Source: Gracilinanus agilis
Taxonomy: Eukaryota
Direction: 5' to 3'
NCBI RefSeq assembly: GCF_016433145.1
Contig: NC_058131.1
Coordinates: forward strand, 321,912,732 to 321,976,731
Length of the DNA: 64,000 bases
This document shows, one piece after another, positions 38,865 through 50,850 of this stretch. How positions within the stretch are numbered: position 1 is the stretch's first letter; each line of letters opens with the position of its first letter. The notes under the pieces are model-generated. The model had not been told where the DNA came from, ran no database searches, and saw nothing but the letters and a program-made list of their open reading frames with translations. The position numbers were made by a program, and so were the translations under genes.

Positions 38865-39102
38865 AGTCATTTTTAGTTATGTCTTACTCGTTGTGTCCAA
38901 ATTTGGAGTTTTCTTGAAAAGATGTTGGAGTGGTTTGTCATTTCCTTCTCCAGCTCATTTTACAGATGAGGAAACTGAGGCAAACAGAGTTAAGTGACTT
39001 GCCCAGGGTTACCTAGCTAGTAAGCAAGGTGAGGTCAGATTTCAACTCAAGAAGATGAGTCTTCAGGCCCAGCCCTCTATCTACTGTGCCATCCAGCTGC
39101 CC
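38865..39102 (-). mobile_element. MAR1-type SINE
   Basis: Reverse complement of the MAR1 pattern. Confidence 0.85.
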
Positions 39103-39720
39103 AGTTCCCTTTCACACACACACTCTATCGTCCATTAAAACAAGCTATTCCTGGAAATCTGGGCCTTGATTTCTTCATTTGTAAGATGAAGGGTTTAGAC
39201 CCTATGAACTCAAGAGTTTCCTTCTAACACTCCATCTATCTCCTTCCTTTGCTTTGGCTTGTGACCTCTCCCTTGCCTGGAATGGGTGACCCCAGACATC
39301 AATTCTTGGTAACAATCCATCCCTTTCCTTCAAGGCCCAGCTGAATGACTCCCATCAAAGCCTTCTCTGGTCCCCCAGCCCCACCTGGCCCCAGCTCTTC
39401 ATGATCTTTTCTTTCTCTAGGCTCTCATGCCACGATGGTTTGGCCTTTTCCTGTGCACTTACGTCCTAACTTGTAGCATAATATTTCTGTCAACTCAATC
39501 CAACAAACATTTATCAAGCATCTCTTATGGACTTTGCACCAGGTACACTGTTTGCTTTACAAAAATAAAAGATTTAGCTCCTGTCTTCAATGAGCTTATA
39601 TTCTGCCAGGAGGCCTATGGCAAGGTACCAGATAAGTATAATACAAAGAAGAATATAAGCAGAGAAAAGGAGAAAAATAGATAAAATATTCTGAGTAAAT
39701 ATGCACAGAGAGGACACTTT

Positions 39721-39919
39721 TTAAAAAATCTCATACTTTCCCTCTTAGAATCAATACTGTGTATTGGCTCCAAGGCAGAAGAGTGATAAGGGTAGGCAAT
39801 GGGCGTTAAGTGACCTGCCCAGGGTCACAACAGCTAGGAAGTGTCTGAGGCCAGATTTGAACCTAGGACCTCCCATCTCTAGGCCTGACTCTTAATCCAC
39901 TGAGCCATCCAGGTGCCCC
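39721..39919 (-). mobile_element. CORE-SINE with 15-bp TSD
   Basis: TSD cagagaggacacttt (39706-39720) / cagagagaacacttt (39920-39934). Confidence 0.92.
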
Positions 39920-40599
39920 CAGAGAGAACACTTTCAACTGGGTTTGGGTATGGGTATAGAGTGTAGGGTGGGTGTAGAGAGCTTTCGGGGTGGGTGGGGT
40001 CCCTGAACCAGATCTTAAATAAAAGGAAGGATTTTGGCAGGAAGTGATCCATGGGGAATCCATTTCAGGTCCTCTGTGTTTGATACTCTAAGCAAAGAAT
40101 GAGCTCTAGGACAGGGAGGGATGAGACCTTAGAAATTATAATAACCTGGTTTGACTGTAACACAGAGTGTGTTCTGCCTGGGTAGGACAAGACAAGGTGT
40201 CAAGAAGACCTAGTTAGGCTCAGGTCTCTCCCTGAGACCCTTTCCCTCTCCCCTTCCCTCTCTCCCAGCCCTAGGAATAGAAGAGACTTTAATGTCTAAT
40301 CCCTTCATTCTATGAATCCAGAAAATGAAACTCAGTAGAACAGAAGCTCTTTGAGGGCAGGAGCTATTTTTTTGTTGTGGTATCTCCAGCACCTGGTAGC
40401 AGTGCCTCGGATATAATGGTCAATCGATCAATTGCTGACTGAATCCAATTAGGGGACTTGCCATTTGAAGACCAGTTTGCCACTTTACTTCATGCCATAT
40501 GAGGCTAGATTGAAGGAAAGGATGCTTATCAGGGAGAAGAGAAGAATGGTTGGGGTGGGTCGAGGCCAGGGAGAGGACATGATAGCAGTCACCTAAAGG

Positions 40600-40870
40600 A
40601 CCAGCACTTACCCAGAGGCATTAGCTTTGTTCTGCTTGACACCAGAGGAAAGAACTAAAATCAGTCTATACAAGCTGTATAAAGGCAAACTTAGGTGTGA
40701 AATTAGAGAGAACGTCCTACCCCAAAGTGGAATGGGTCCCCTCCGGAACTGGTTCATTCCCTCCTCACTGGAGGTCTTCCAGTAAAAGCCAGCTGACCAT
40801 TTGTTGTGTATATTTCAGAGAGGATCCTTGTTTAGGGGCCTTCAAGGTTCTTTTCAACTCCCAGATTTTG
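40600..40870 (+). mobile_element. CR1/L3 LINE 3' fragment
   Basis: CR1-type motifs (ttgttctgcttgacaccagagg; caaagtggaatggg; cactggaggtcttc). Confidence 0.6.
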
Positions 40871-40944
40871 TCAGTGGTTACCCAGGTAGGAAGGAGGAAA
40901 AGATGGAATGTAAACCCTCATCCTTTCCCTCTAAAACCAGCACT

Positions 40945-41148
40945 TTTATTTTTTAAACCCTTAACCTTCCATCTTAGAATCAATACTATGCATTGACTCC
41001 AAGGCAGAAGAGCAGTAAGGGTTAGGCAATAGGGGTTAAGTGACTTGCCCAGGGTCACACAGCTAGGAAATGTCTGAGGCCAGATTTGAACTGAAGACCT
41101 CCCATCTCGAGGCCTGGCTTTCTCTCCACTGAGCCACTCAGCTGCCCT
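40945..41148 (-). mobile_element. CORE-SINE
   Basis: Reverse SINE with poly-T. Confidence 0.9.
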
Positions 41149-42309
41149 CTGAACAAATTCAGCATTCTTTCTGCTCTATGTGACCCCGGGGAAGTCATTT
41201 ACCCATCTAGACCTCAGTTTCCTCTCTTATAAAGTGGAGATAATGTCTGTACCTGACCAGAATGGCTTTGTAACCCATGAAGTGTTTTAGAAAAGTGAGC
41301 TGTTATTATTATGACCAGACATTAAGCTCCTCGAGGGTAGGAGCTATGTTATTATTTTTTTTTCATTCGAGTTCACTTCATGTTAAGTACAAGATCCTGA
41401 ATACAGAAAAAGATTAATGGATATCTTTGAATCAAATGCGTTCAGATACCATATCACCCCCCACACAGAGAGGGTTTACACATGTATGCAGGCAGGCACA
41501 GACAATCATGGACCACATACAAAGGAGAGACACAGGGATTTCATCTTCTTTATCTTTGCCTCCTGCCCCCTTCCCCTTTGATGCTGACTGTCAGACCTAG
41601 AACCTAACAAACCTAACAGGCACTTAATAATGTTTTCTGAACAAATGAATATACAGACACACACACTCACTGAGACTGCTGTTCTAAGGCCCCTTCTAGT
41701 TAGGCTGACATAATCATTCCCACACATTTAGGCACAGAGAAAACAAAAATACACATACAGACACACAAGACCCACACCCCTCTTTGTAACTGAGTAAATA
41801 AGGCACAGAAAATACGCCTATGTGGCAGTGGATTGGGGTGAGAGGTTGAGTTCCTGGAGACAAGTGTGGTGACCCCAAAACTCACCAAAAAAGGAGCTCT
41901 GTTTTTAGTCTGAAGATGGACAAAGCCCCTCTAACCTAGTAGCCTAATTTCCCACCCATGATCAGAACCTCCCAGATTTCTCTTCCTTTAGTGCCTAGCT
42001 GAGGTCCTCCTGGCATAGCATCCCTTATTTCCCCTAGGGGAGTCCAGATTTTAATTCCATCCCCCCAAAGTTCCCCAGTGATGAGGGCTCCATAATCTTC
42101 CCTCCAGGGAAATCCAGCCTGTGGTAGGCTTGAATCAGCTGGGGGTAATGAAAGTACAATGGGCCCTGGCCCCTGAGATGGAGGGCCCAAAGACCCCTGG
42201 GCCTTTGGGATCCCACACCACCCACAAGGGCCCAAAGTCCACACAAGTTCCCCCACCAACTTTCCACCACCGCCCGCACAAAAGAAACTTTGTGGTAGAT
42301 ATTTTTTTT

Positions 42310-42720
42310 TTTTTTTGGTCAAAGATGTTCCCTCTCGGGAAAATGATTGGCAAGTTGAAGAGCCGAGAAACAAAATTGTTTATACACTAATGAATAGAGG
42401 CCTGATTGCAAGATCCTGTTTGGAAAATTATAGTGCTGCATTGAAGCGGTACAATTACAGGCCCAAAGTTGCATATTCATTTCATCTCCTTTGCATAGAG
42501 ATGAACAGGCAAGCCCAACGCAGACTCTAAATTAAAACGAACACCAAATTTAGTCACAGGTTACAAACTGCACTGCATTGTTTGACGGATAGAGATCTTT
42601 ACCACCTGCGTCCAGCCTGATTACCAGACATCCAAGGGGAAGAAAAGAAAAGTTGTTTTTTTCCCCCTCTCCTGAACAGTCAGCATGACAAACATGTAAA
42701 AATGCTAACTGCTTCTCCCT
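42310..42720. promoter_or_regulatory. Candidate conserved enhancer with POU and SOX motifs
   Basis: Repeat-free. TTGCATATTCAT at 42469-42480, CTTTGCAT at 42489-42496, CATTGTT at 42576-42582, AAACAAAATTGTTT at 42368-42381, several CpGs. Conservation not tested. Confidence 0.5.
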
Positions 42721-42979
42721 CCCTCCCTCCACAGCCCCCCCACTGCCAGGCTTCTCCAGGCCCCTGATTCCACACTGGCACCAGGGCCCAGGCCCTGTGG
42801 GTGAGGGGCAGTGGGAGCCGGCATTGCTAAGGGACCTGGAACTGGCCAACGTTTCCTCTTAGCTTTCAGGGTGGGTTGGCACCAGATGGTGGAGGAATAC
42901 CAGGATGAGCCTGGACCTAGCCTCCTCACAGCTTAGAGCTAGAAGGACCCTTACAATAGAAAATGTTCCATTCAATTCA

Positions 42980-43545
42980 ACAAGGAACTTTTGAATATAA
43001 CATGTTAGAATTTCATTTAACAAAGGGACCTTTGAACATGGAATGTTAGAGCCAGGAAGGAACCTACAACACAGAATGTCAGGGCTGGATGGGACCTTAG
43101 GACATAGACCAAGGGAGCTAGAAGGGTCTTTAGGACATAGAATATGGGAGTTGGAAGGGACCTTAGGACATAGAATATGGGAGCTAGAAGGGACCTTAGG
43201 ACACAGAATATTGGAGCTAGAAGGGACCTTAGGACATAGAATATTGGCATTGGAAGGGACCTTAGGACATAGACTATGAGAGCCAAAATGGACTTTAGGA
43301 CATAGGATATTGGAGCTAGAAGGGACCTTAGGGCATAGAATATTGGAGCTAGAAGGGACCTTAGGGCATAGAATTTTGGAGTTGGAAGGGACTTTAGGAC
43401 ATAAAATATTGGAGATAGAAGGGGCCTTAGGACATAGACTATGAGAGCCAAAATGGACTTTAGGACATAGGATATTGGAGCTAGAAGGAACCTTAGGACA
43501 TAGAATATTGGAGCTGAAAGGAGCCTTAGGATGTAGAATGTTGGG
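42980..43545. repeat. 33-bp minisatellite (ggagctagaagggaccttaggacatagaatatt) with a 165-bp higher-order repeat
   Basis: 11-aa periodic ORFs on both strands; variant unit gactatgagagccaaaatgg at 43272 and 43437. Confidence 0.95.
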
Positions 43546-43734
43546 AAGAAAATGATTCCCCCTCTCTGTCAATTTATGTGGGAGCAAACCGAGCCCTATT
43601 GAGGGGAAGCGACTCACCCAGAATCAATTGAAGAAATATTTATTTAACTCTGTTCCAGGCACTGTGCTAAGCACAGGAGATATAAGACATAAATGAAACT
43701 GTTCTTGCCCTAGGGATATTCTAATGGTATAGAC

Positions 43735-43942
43735 CAGTGGTGTCAAACTCAATTAGAAATGGGATCTACTAAACTATATGTAAAGATCCCTGTGGGCTGC
43801 ATATTGATTTAGAAAACCACATATGAACATTATCTATGTTCTATTATGTTCTTATTTATTTTGTTAAAATATTCCCCAATTACTCTTTAATTTAGTTCTG
43901 CAGTGCTTGGGACTGTTGAGGGCTCCATGTTTGACACCTCTG
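43735..43942. mobile_element. Old hAT-Charlie MITE, 208 bp
   Basis: TIRs CAGTGGTGTCAAAC / GTTTGACACCTCTG; decayed TSD gtatagac / gcacaaat. Confidence 0.85.
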
Positions 43943-46637
43943 GCACAAATAACCTGTTCATACATAGGTATATAGAAGACATATGCAAAGTCACCTTAGA
44001 GGGGAAGGCACTAGCAGGTGTAGGCAATGGGAAAAGTCTCCTGAAGACAGTTGCATCTGAGTGAAGTCTTGAAAGAAACCAGGGGTTCCCAAGGGGTAAA
44101 GAGGGACAGCATTCTAGGCACGGGGGCAGCCAATACAAGGGCATCAAGGTGGGAAATGGGGCATCAGGTGTGAGGATTGGCAAAGAGGCCAATATGGCTT
44201 GACTGTAGAGTGTGTGGAAAGGAGGAAACTGTAAGAAGATTATAGAGACAATAAGTGACTTGTGAGGAGCTTTAAACACCAAACAGGTAACTTTACATTT
44301 GATCTTTGAGACACTGGACCTTGTTGTGTTGGGGCAGGAAATGGTCAGACTCGAGCTTTAAGAAAAATGCTGGTATTGATGCACAGCAAGTGGACTGGAC
44401 CAGGTAGTGGTGGGGCTGGGACTCAAACTCAAGTCTCTTGCTTCTCTGTCTCCAGCTCTTTCTACCATATCACAGACTTTATTCCAAAGGCAATAGGGAA
44501 TCATTGAATAAAGGGCTCCCAATAGTTGACATTTATATACTCCTTTAGAGTTGCAAAAATCCTTTGGTACCTATTATCATCTGACCTTCATAACAAAATG
44601 GAAAAGCAGGGCAACAATTGTTATTCCTACTTCATAGAAAAGGAAACAGGTTTAAAAGGGGTAAAACTGAATAGCAGAGCTGGATCCCAGAACCCCGAGT
44701 TCTATCCTAATGCTCACTCTACTTCATCTTTTCTCTGTATCTTTCTTGCTTATCTGAACCCAGAGGAATCCCTTGCATGTGTGATAGAAGGAGAGAAAAG
44801 CTTTCTTTGTGGGCTAGAATAAGAGGGTGTGTTCATATTGTGGGGTGGGGGGAAGGAATTGTTCTGAAGAGGTTGAGGGAGTCATTGAACATGGGGAGAA
44901 AATGACTTGAGTAAGGGACCTTGGGGGAAACAGGGGAGAGAAAAGAGGGTCTTGGAAGAAGGGAGGGAAAGCTGAGGCCTACCTGGGAAAGAAACAGCTT
45001 TGAGTAGAAACTAAAGAGAATCCACTCACATGTCCATAAACACAAGCATATATATAGAGAATATATATTATACATATAACATATAGCATATATTATACAT
45101 ATAATATATACACAGAATAAACACATACATATATTCTTAAGTATGCTTAAGTATAAGAAGCAGATAAAATACTACTCCTTATATATACACAGATACATTT
45201 GACATATATAATTTTCTCGTGATGACATACACGTATACATATACCTAACATACGAACACACACACAAATACTTTTACATGCATAGGCATGAATAACTCAA
45301 TAATACACTGACAAATCTATTCATACACACACGTTCACATTTCCTTTCATCACATTTCTATACATGTGCATCCACTTCCCACACAATTCGATTGACAAGC
45401 ATTTATTAAGCACCTCCTATTTGCAAGACATTATGGTAGGTGCTGGGGATAAAAAGTAGAAAGTCCCTGCTCTTGAAAAATTTACATTGTTACATATATT
45501 CTTATATACATAGGCATAAACTTATAATAAACATATATATATATACATATATACTGTCTCTTCTAGCTCTAAAAAATTATATAATTTTGCATATTCATCC
45601 CCTCCCCTTTTCTGGTCTTACCTTTGGGCCAGGCTAAAGGACAAGGGAGATGGGTAAGGAAAACTCCTTAGTAGGGAGGCCTTTATTCCCCTGTCCTTCT
45701 TCCCATCTCTTAGGCTTTCCTCTGTAATATGGAAAACCTTTGAACGGAATCAGGAAATCTGGATTCTTCTCTCAGCTCTGCCATGAATACTTTGTGACGT
45801 TTTCGGTGGGTTACTTCCCCTCTCTGAGCCTCAGTTTCACAATTCATAAAATTGAAGGAGGGTAGATTAAATGATCTTCAGTGATTTTTTCCCCCCCAAA
45901 CCTGCTGGCCTCTCTGTTCTCTATTCTAATATCCCCACCACCCTGCCATTCTGTAATTCCAGGAGGCAGTGTTAGAGGAGGGCAGCTGGGATAAGATAAG
46001 ACAGATTGAATGGATTTGGGGAAATAGACCTGGGCCTGGGAGTTCCTTAGCCCAGATGGATGTGGTAGAAAGTCTCAAAAGGGAATCCGTTTCTTTACCC
46101 CTTTATTCCTAATAGAAAGGAAAACTAATTCCCAACACAAACCTAGATAGTCAATTGCTTGGCTATAGGAACAGCAGTGAATTGGAGAGCAGTGCCCCCT
46201 GGTGCCGATGCCTAGAGTTGCAGAACCCTTCCAGAACCTGCCTGGTCCTCTTGGATTTCCTGGGGACTCCTTCCTCAGCTCCCAGGAAGATTGGGGTCTT
46301 CCTCAGGACTTCCTCTCAAGGGCCCTCTCCTCAACTCCTTGTGGAGAATTATTTCCTCCTAGGCATTGGAAATAAACTGGACAAACAGTACTGTGAGAGT
46401 ATATTTAGAGATCCGGTCCCATAGTTCATTTGTCGGAAGAAGAAAGAAAGGCATCAAGAAAGGATGAGACTTGTCCAACATCACACAGACTATTTGTTCT
46501 CTAAAGTAAAGTGGGATAATAGAAAGATTACTAGATTTCAAGTCATACCTGGGTTCTAATTGCAGCTCTGCTAATTCCTCCTGTAGCATAGGAAGTAAGT
46601 AGCATGTAGCAACTTTTGGAGTCAAAGGACATGGGTT

Positions 46638-46838
46638 GGGGGCAGCTGGGTTGATTGGCAGAGTGAGAGCCAGGCCTAGAGAAGAGAGATCCTGGGTTCA
46701 AATTTGACTTCAGACACTTCCTAACTGTGTGACTCTGGGCAAGTCACTTAACTCCTATTGCCTAGCCCTTACTCTTCTGCCTTGGAACCAATACATAGTA
46801 TTGATTCTAAAACAGAAGATAAGGGTTAAAAAAAAAAA
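46638..46838 (+). mobile_element. CORE-SINE nested in an older MIR-like SINE
   Basis: TSD aaaggacatgggtt (46624-46637) / aaaggacctgggtt (46839-46852); the host B-box ggttcaaat is split by the insertion. Confidence 0.9.
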
Positions 46839-47429
46839 AAAGGACCTGGGTTCAAATATCACCTCCAATACCTAGACATGTGACCTTAAAGTAGTCACTT
46901 GAATCTCCTTGGGCTTCTGTGGCCACATCTGTAAAAGGGAGGGGGTGGAAAAGTTGCCTAAGGCTCCCTCCAGCTCTGATCTTCTGTGTCCAGCTGGGAT
47001 CCCTACTGGGATCCTACAGTTTTAAGTCATTGGAGGGATGAGGAAAGTTTTCCCAGAGGCTATCCTAAATGAGCTAAGTCTTAGAAGATTACTTAGAGAT
47101 CACCTGGTGCAATGGTCAGCAAACAGCACCCTTAAATTCCCATATGTGGCTCTTTTAGCTAAAATAAAGTAATGGTTCAGTGTTTTGTGAGTGGAGCTCA
47201 TGATTCTCCACTCCTCAAACTAAGCCCCTACCAGTGGCCCTCCCTGGAGTCTTTCCACCCCACAATTCCAGCCCCACTCAATCTCTTCAGGCTTTTTGCT
47301 CATCATCTCTCCCTCCCACCCTATCTACTCAAGCGGGGGCAGTAGGAGAGAGTGGACTAGCAGTAAGATTGACCTCAGAGCTCTACAATTCTAGCTGTGA
47401 GAGCACTGAGAAGTCATTTAAATTCTTGG

Positions 47430-48200
47430 AGCTTCAGGTCCATTATCTGCAATAACACTTACCTCATCTTACCCTTACTGGAAAAAATATTTCACCCTTC
47501 ACTTATCCCTCCTCTAGATCAGGTTCTCCTTTTCTACTTCCCTGATATCGTTATTATCTATCCCTTTCCCTCCACCTATACAGTCCTCACCACCCTAGTG
47601 CAGACTCTCATCATCTCTTGCCTGCCTGGACTATTCACAACAGCATAACTAGTCTCCCTGCTTTCCAGTCTCTCCTCTTTCCAAGTCTTCCTGCTCAGAA
47701 GATGCCAAAATCATCTTCACAAAGCACAAGTTTAATCATATTATTCCTCTGCTGAAAAACTTTCAAAAGTTCCCCGTCATCTAGAGGACAAAATGAAACT
47801 TCTCTGCTTCAGACTTAAAGCTTTCCTATTCTAGCTCTAGACCATCTTATGGATATATTTCACATTCCCCCCTTTTTATACATTCAGTATTCCACCTCCA
47901 CTGACCTACTTGCCATTTCCCAAATTCAGTGCTCCAGACTCCAGACCTCTATGTTGGCTCTCCCAGATGCCAGGAATGTCCTCCTTCTCCAACTCTGCTT
48001 TTGAAAATCTTTGATTTTCTGCAAGATTCACCTTAGGTACCACTTCCTTTTAGCAATTCCAGATCCTTCTAATTAGTGTTTTCCCTTCTAAAATTATTTA
48101 GTAGTAATTTATCTGTTTTTCCTTAGTAGAAGGTAAGCCTCTTGAGGGCACGGGCAGTTTAATCTTTGTCCTCGTTATCTCTGGTGCACCTATAGTGTAT
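47430..48200 (+). mobile_element. L2 3' fragment
   Basis: L2 motifs (tctcatcatctcttgcctg..ggactattcacaacagc..ctagtctccctg). Confidence 0.7.
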
Positions 48201-48417
48201 ATAAATGCATTTTACAATGGGAATAATCTTCTAAGGGATCAACTCATTATACTCATCTACTCATGGAGAGATAGGCTAGTAGAGACTGGGGCACTTGCAC
48301 AAGGGCCCTGTAGAGACAATTAAAATTGATTATTTGGTATTTTTATTTTTAACTACATTAACTTATATACTGGGAGTCCTTTGTTTTCTATCTCTCTAAT
48401 GCAGTTAACTATAATCA

Positions 48418-48529
48418 AGGGGATCAAATACAAACACTAATATTCTCTAATATTAGATTTAGTGAACCTATTAGAGAATTATTAGCATTAAGAGTATTAG
48501 AGAATATTCGAGTTCATATTTGATCCCCT
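48418..48529. repeat. 112-bp foldback with 35-bp inverted arms (MITE-like)
   Basis: 48418-48452 versus the reverse complement of 48495-48529: 31/35 identical. Confidence 0.9.
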
Positions 48530-48977
48530 CCTGCTAGACTACATTCCATGAGGGTTGGGGTGACATTTTAGGTAAACCCTACATCTCCCTTAGAGCCTAA
48601 CACAGCTTTCTACACCTTGTTGTAGTTGCTTAATAAATATTTGTTGAATGAAGGGAAATAAGAAGGATATACGACCCCAGAAAAGGGAGATTGACGTCAA
48701 CTCTCTGGAATGATCAGATAGGGAAGGGGAGTGAGGATTCCGCTTGGTACAGTGGAAAGTGCACTGGATTTCAAGTCAAGGACCCAGCCTGGAATCTCAG
48801 CTCTGCCATTTACTATAACCTTACTATAACTTAGGCAAGTTGTTTCCCATCTTTGGACCTCAGTCCCTTTATCTGCAAATGGAAAGGGTTAGACTTAAGG
48901 AGTTTAAAGCTTCCTACTCTAGATTTATCATCCTATAGGACATATGGGAATAGGTAACATCTGGCATTTCTCTGGCC

Positions 48978-49181
48978 CAATGATGGGCAAACTTTTTAAA
49001 GAGGGGGCCAAAGGAAAGGAAATGCTCGTCTGTCTGTCTGTTTCTAAGGCAACTCTTTAGAAGTTTCATTGTATTGTATCCTACTCATTGATTTTGTCAG
49101 ATTAGGAATAATGTCCAACAGTGGGATAGAACATTTCAGGCAGCCGCATCTGGCCCGCAGGCTGTAGTTTGCCCATCACTG
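48978..49181. mobile_element. hAT MITE, 204 bp
   Basis: TIRs CAATGATGGGCAAACT / AGTTTGCCCATCACTG; TSD ctctggcc / atctggca (6/8). Confidence 0.9.
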
Positions 49182-50289
49182 ATCTGGCATGTCCACAGTT
49201 TAAAAAGTACATGACTTTAATTATCTCACTTCATCCACACTCTTATAGGAAGGGTGAATATTACTATCCTATTTTACAGATGAATAAACTAAGATACAGA
49301 GAGAAGAAACGTGTCCAAGGTTTCTGAGGATACTAAGGAACAGTCATAATTCATAGAATCATTAGATTGAGAGCCAGAAGGGACCTTAGCGAACATCCAA
49401 TACAACTCATTTTAGAGATGAAGAAACTGAGGCCAACAGAGAGAGTTTTGATACTGTGTTTCAGTCACAAAGTCAGTAGCAAAGATGGGATTTGAACCCA
49501 ATTTCTTGACTCCAAGATCCTCTCTGAGTTCTTTCCTCAGTTCCATAAAGTTCTTCAAAAAGCTAAAGTCTAAGAATATTGCCCTCTTCTCCCTTCACCC
49601 CTTCTCCACTCCCACAGTGGCTCTTCCCAACTTTACCCTGCCTGAAAGTCAAGATCACACAATTTCCTGAGGTTTCCCTAGCTGTCGCATAACCTCAGGC
49701 AGGATACTTGGATGGAGGACGCAGAACAGTCCAAGGCAACGGTAAAACAACGGGCACAAGTCCTTCCCTCTAGTATGGGGGCCAGCCTCCAAGAGCTCTA
49801 GAGTGGGAAACATGAGCCTTGTGATTATGGCAATCCCTCAGGTGGCCACAAGGTGGTAGCACGAGACCAGACCACTTGGACTTAACAGGCTCGTTTGACC
49901 AACCAGCCCCGGCACACACTGACTCGCTGGCCCTCATTAATTCTGGTTCACAGCTGCCTTTTACCTCCAAACTTCTGAATATGCCTTGAACTGAGAGTCA
50001 GAAGATCTGGGTTCTAGTTCTCACTACCATTGATTTGTGACTTTGAGAAAGATACATCCCTACTCCTCTCCATATTGGTGAAATGGGAATGACAACAGTT
50101 TCTGTTTTGTTTCCATCGCTGGGGCTCTTATTAGAAACAGATGAGATACTGTGTAAGGGCACGTTGTGACAATAAAGCGCCATGTAATAACAACTCTAAT
50201 GGCAGGGGTTCTTCACAGTTTTTGTACCTTGTATACCTTTGGCAGTCAGGTAAAACCTGTGGATCCCTTCTTAGAATAAGGTGGTTTTT

Positions 50290-50500
50290 GTTTTTTGTTT
50301 TTTTTAACCCTTATCACCTGTCTTAGAATCAATTCTAAATATCAGTTCCAAGGCAGAGATGTGGTAAGGACTAGGCAAATGGTATTAAGTGACTTGTCCA
50401 GTCATACAACTAGGGAGTGTTTGAGATCACTCAGATCACTGAACCAGGACCTCTCATTTCTAGGCCTAGCGCTCTATCAACTGAACCACCTAGCTGCCCC
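50290..50500 (-). mobile_element. CORE-SINE
   Basis: Reverse SINE ending ctagctgcccc. Confidence 0.85.
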
Positions 50501-50669
50501 TCAGAATAAAAATTTTAAATAAATAAAATAAAATGCATAGAATTACAAAGAAAGTCACTTATGTTGAAATAGCCATCAAAATATTTTTAAAAATTCACAG
50601 ATCCTTGATTAAGAACTCCTTTTCTCCTATATGAAGAACACTTTCAATCAGTCCATGAGCATTTATTCA

Positions 50670-50850
50670 TCTGAAACCTTTACCTTCTGTCTTAAAATCT
50701 ATGCTAATTATCAGTTCCAAGGTAGAAGAATGGTAAGGGCTGGGCAACTGGGGTTAAGCGACGGCTAAAAAATGTGAGGTCAGATTTGAACCCAGGTCCT
50801 CTTGAGTTGAGGTCTGACACTCTATCCACTGAGCCACCTAGCTGCCCCTC
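50670..50850 (-). mobile_element. CORE-SINE
   Basis: Reverse SINE ending ctagctgcccc. Confidence 0.85.

Noticed and set aside
21430-43545. RSX-like repeat-rich marsupial lncRNA
   Set aside because: The arrays here are short, unrelated and dispersed; nothing in the sequence supports that identity.
42859-43617. 252-aa repeat protein, or a CRISPR-like array
   Set aside because: The open frame follows from a 33-bp stop-free unit. The units are contiguous with no unique spacers, there are no cas genes, and the context is mammalian.
41880-43620. Isolated GTGAGT donors at 41885 and 43617 (minus strand)
   Set aside because: Expected by chance at this frequency; no matching acceptor or coding frame.
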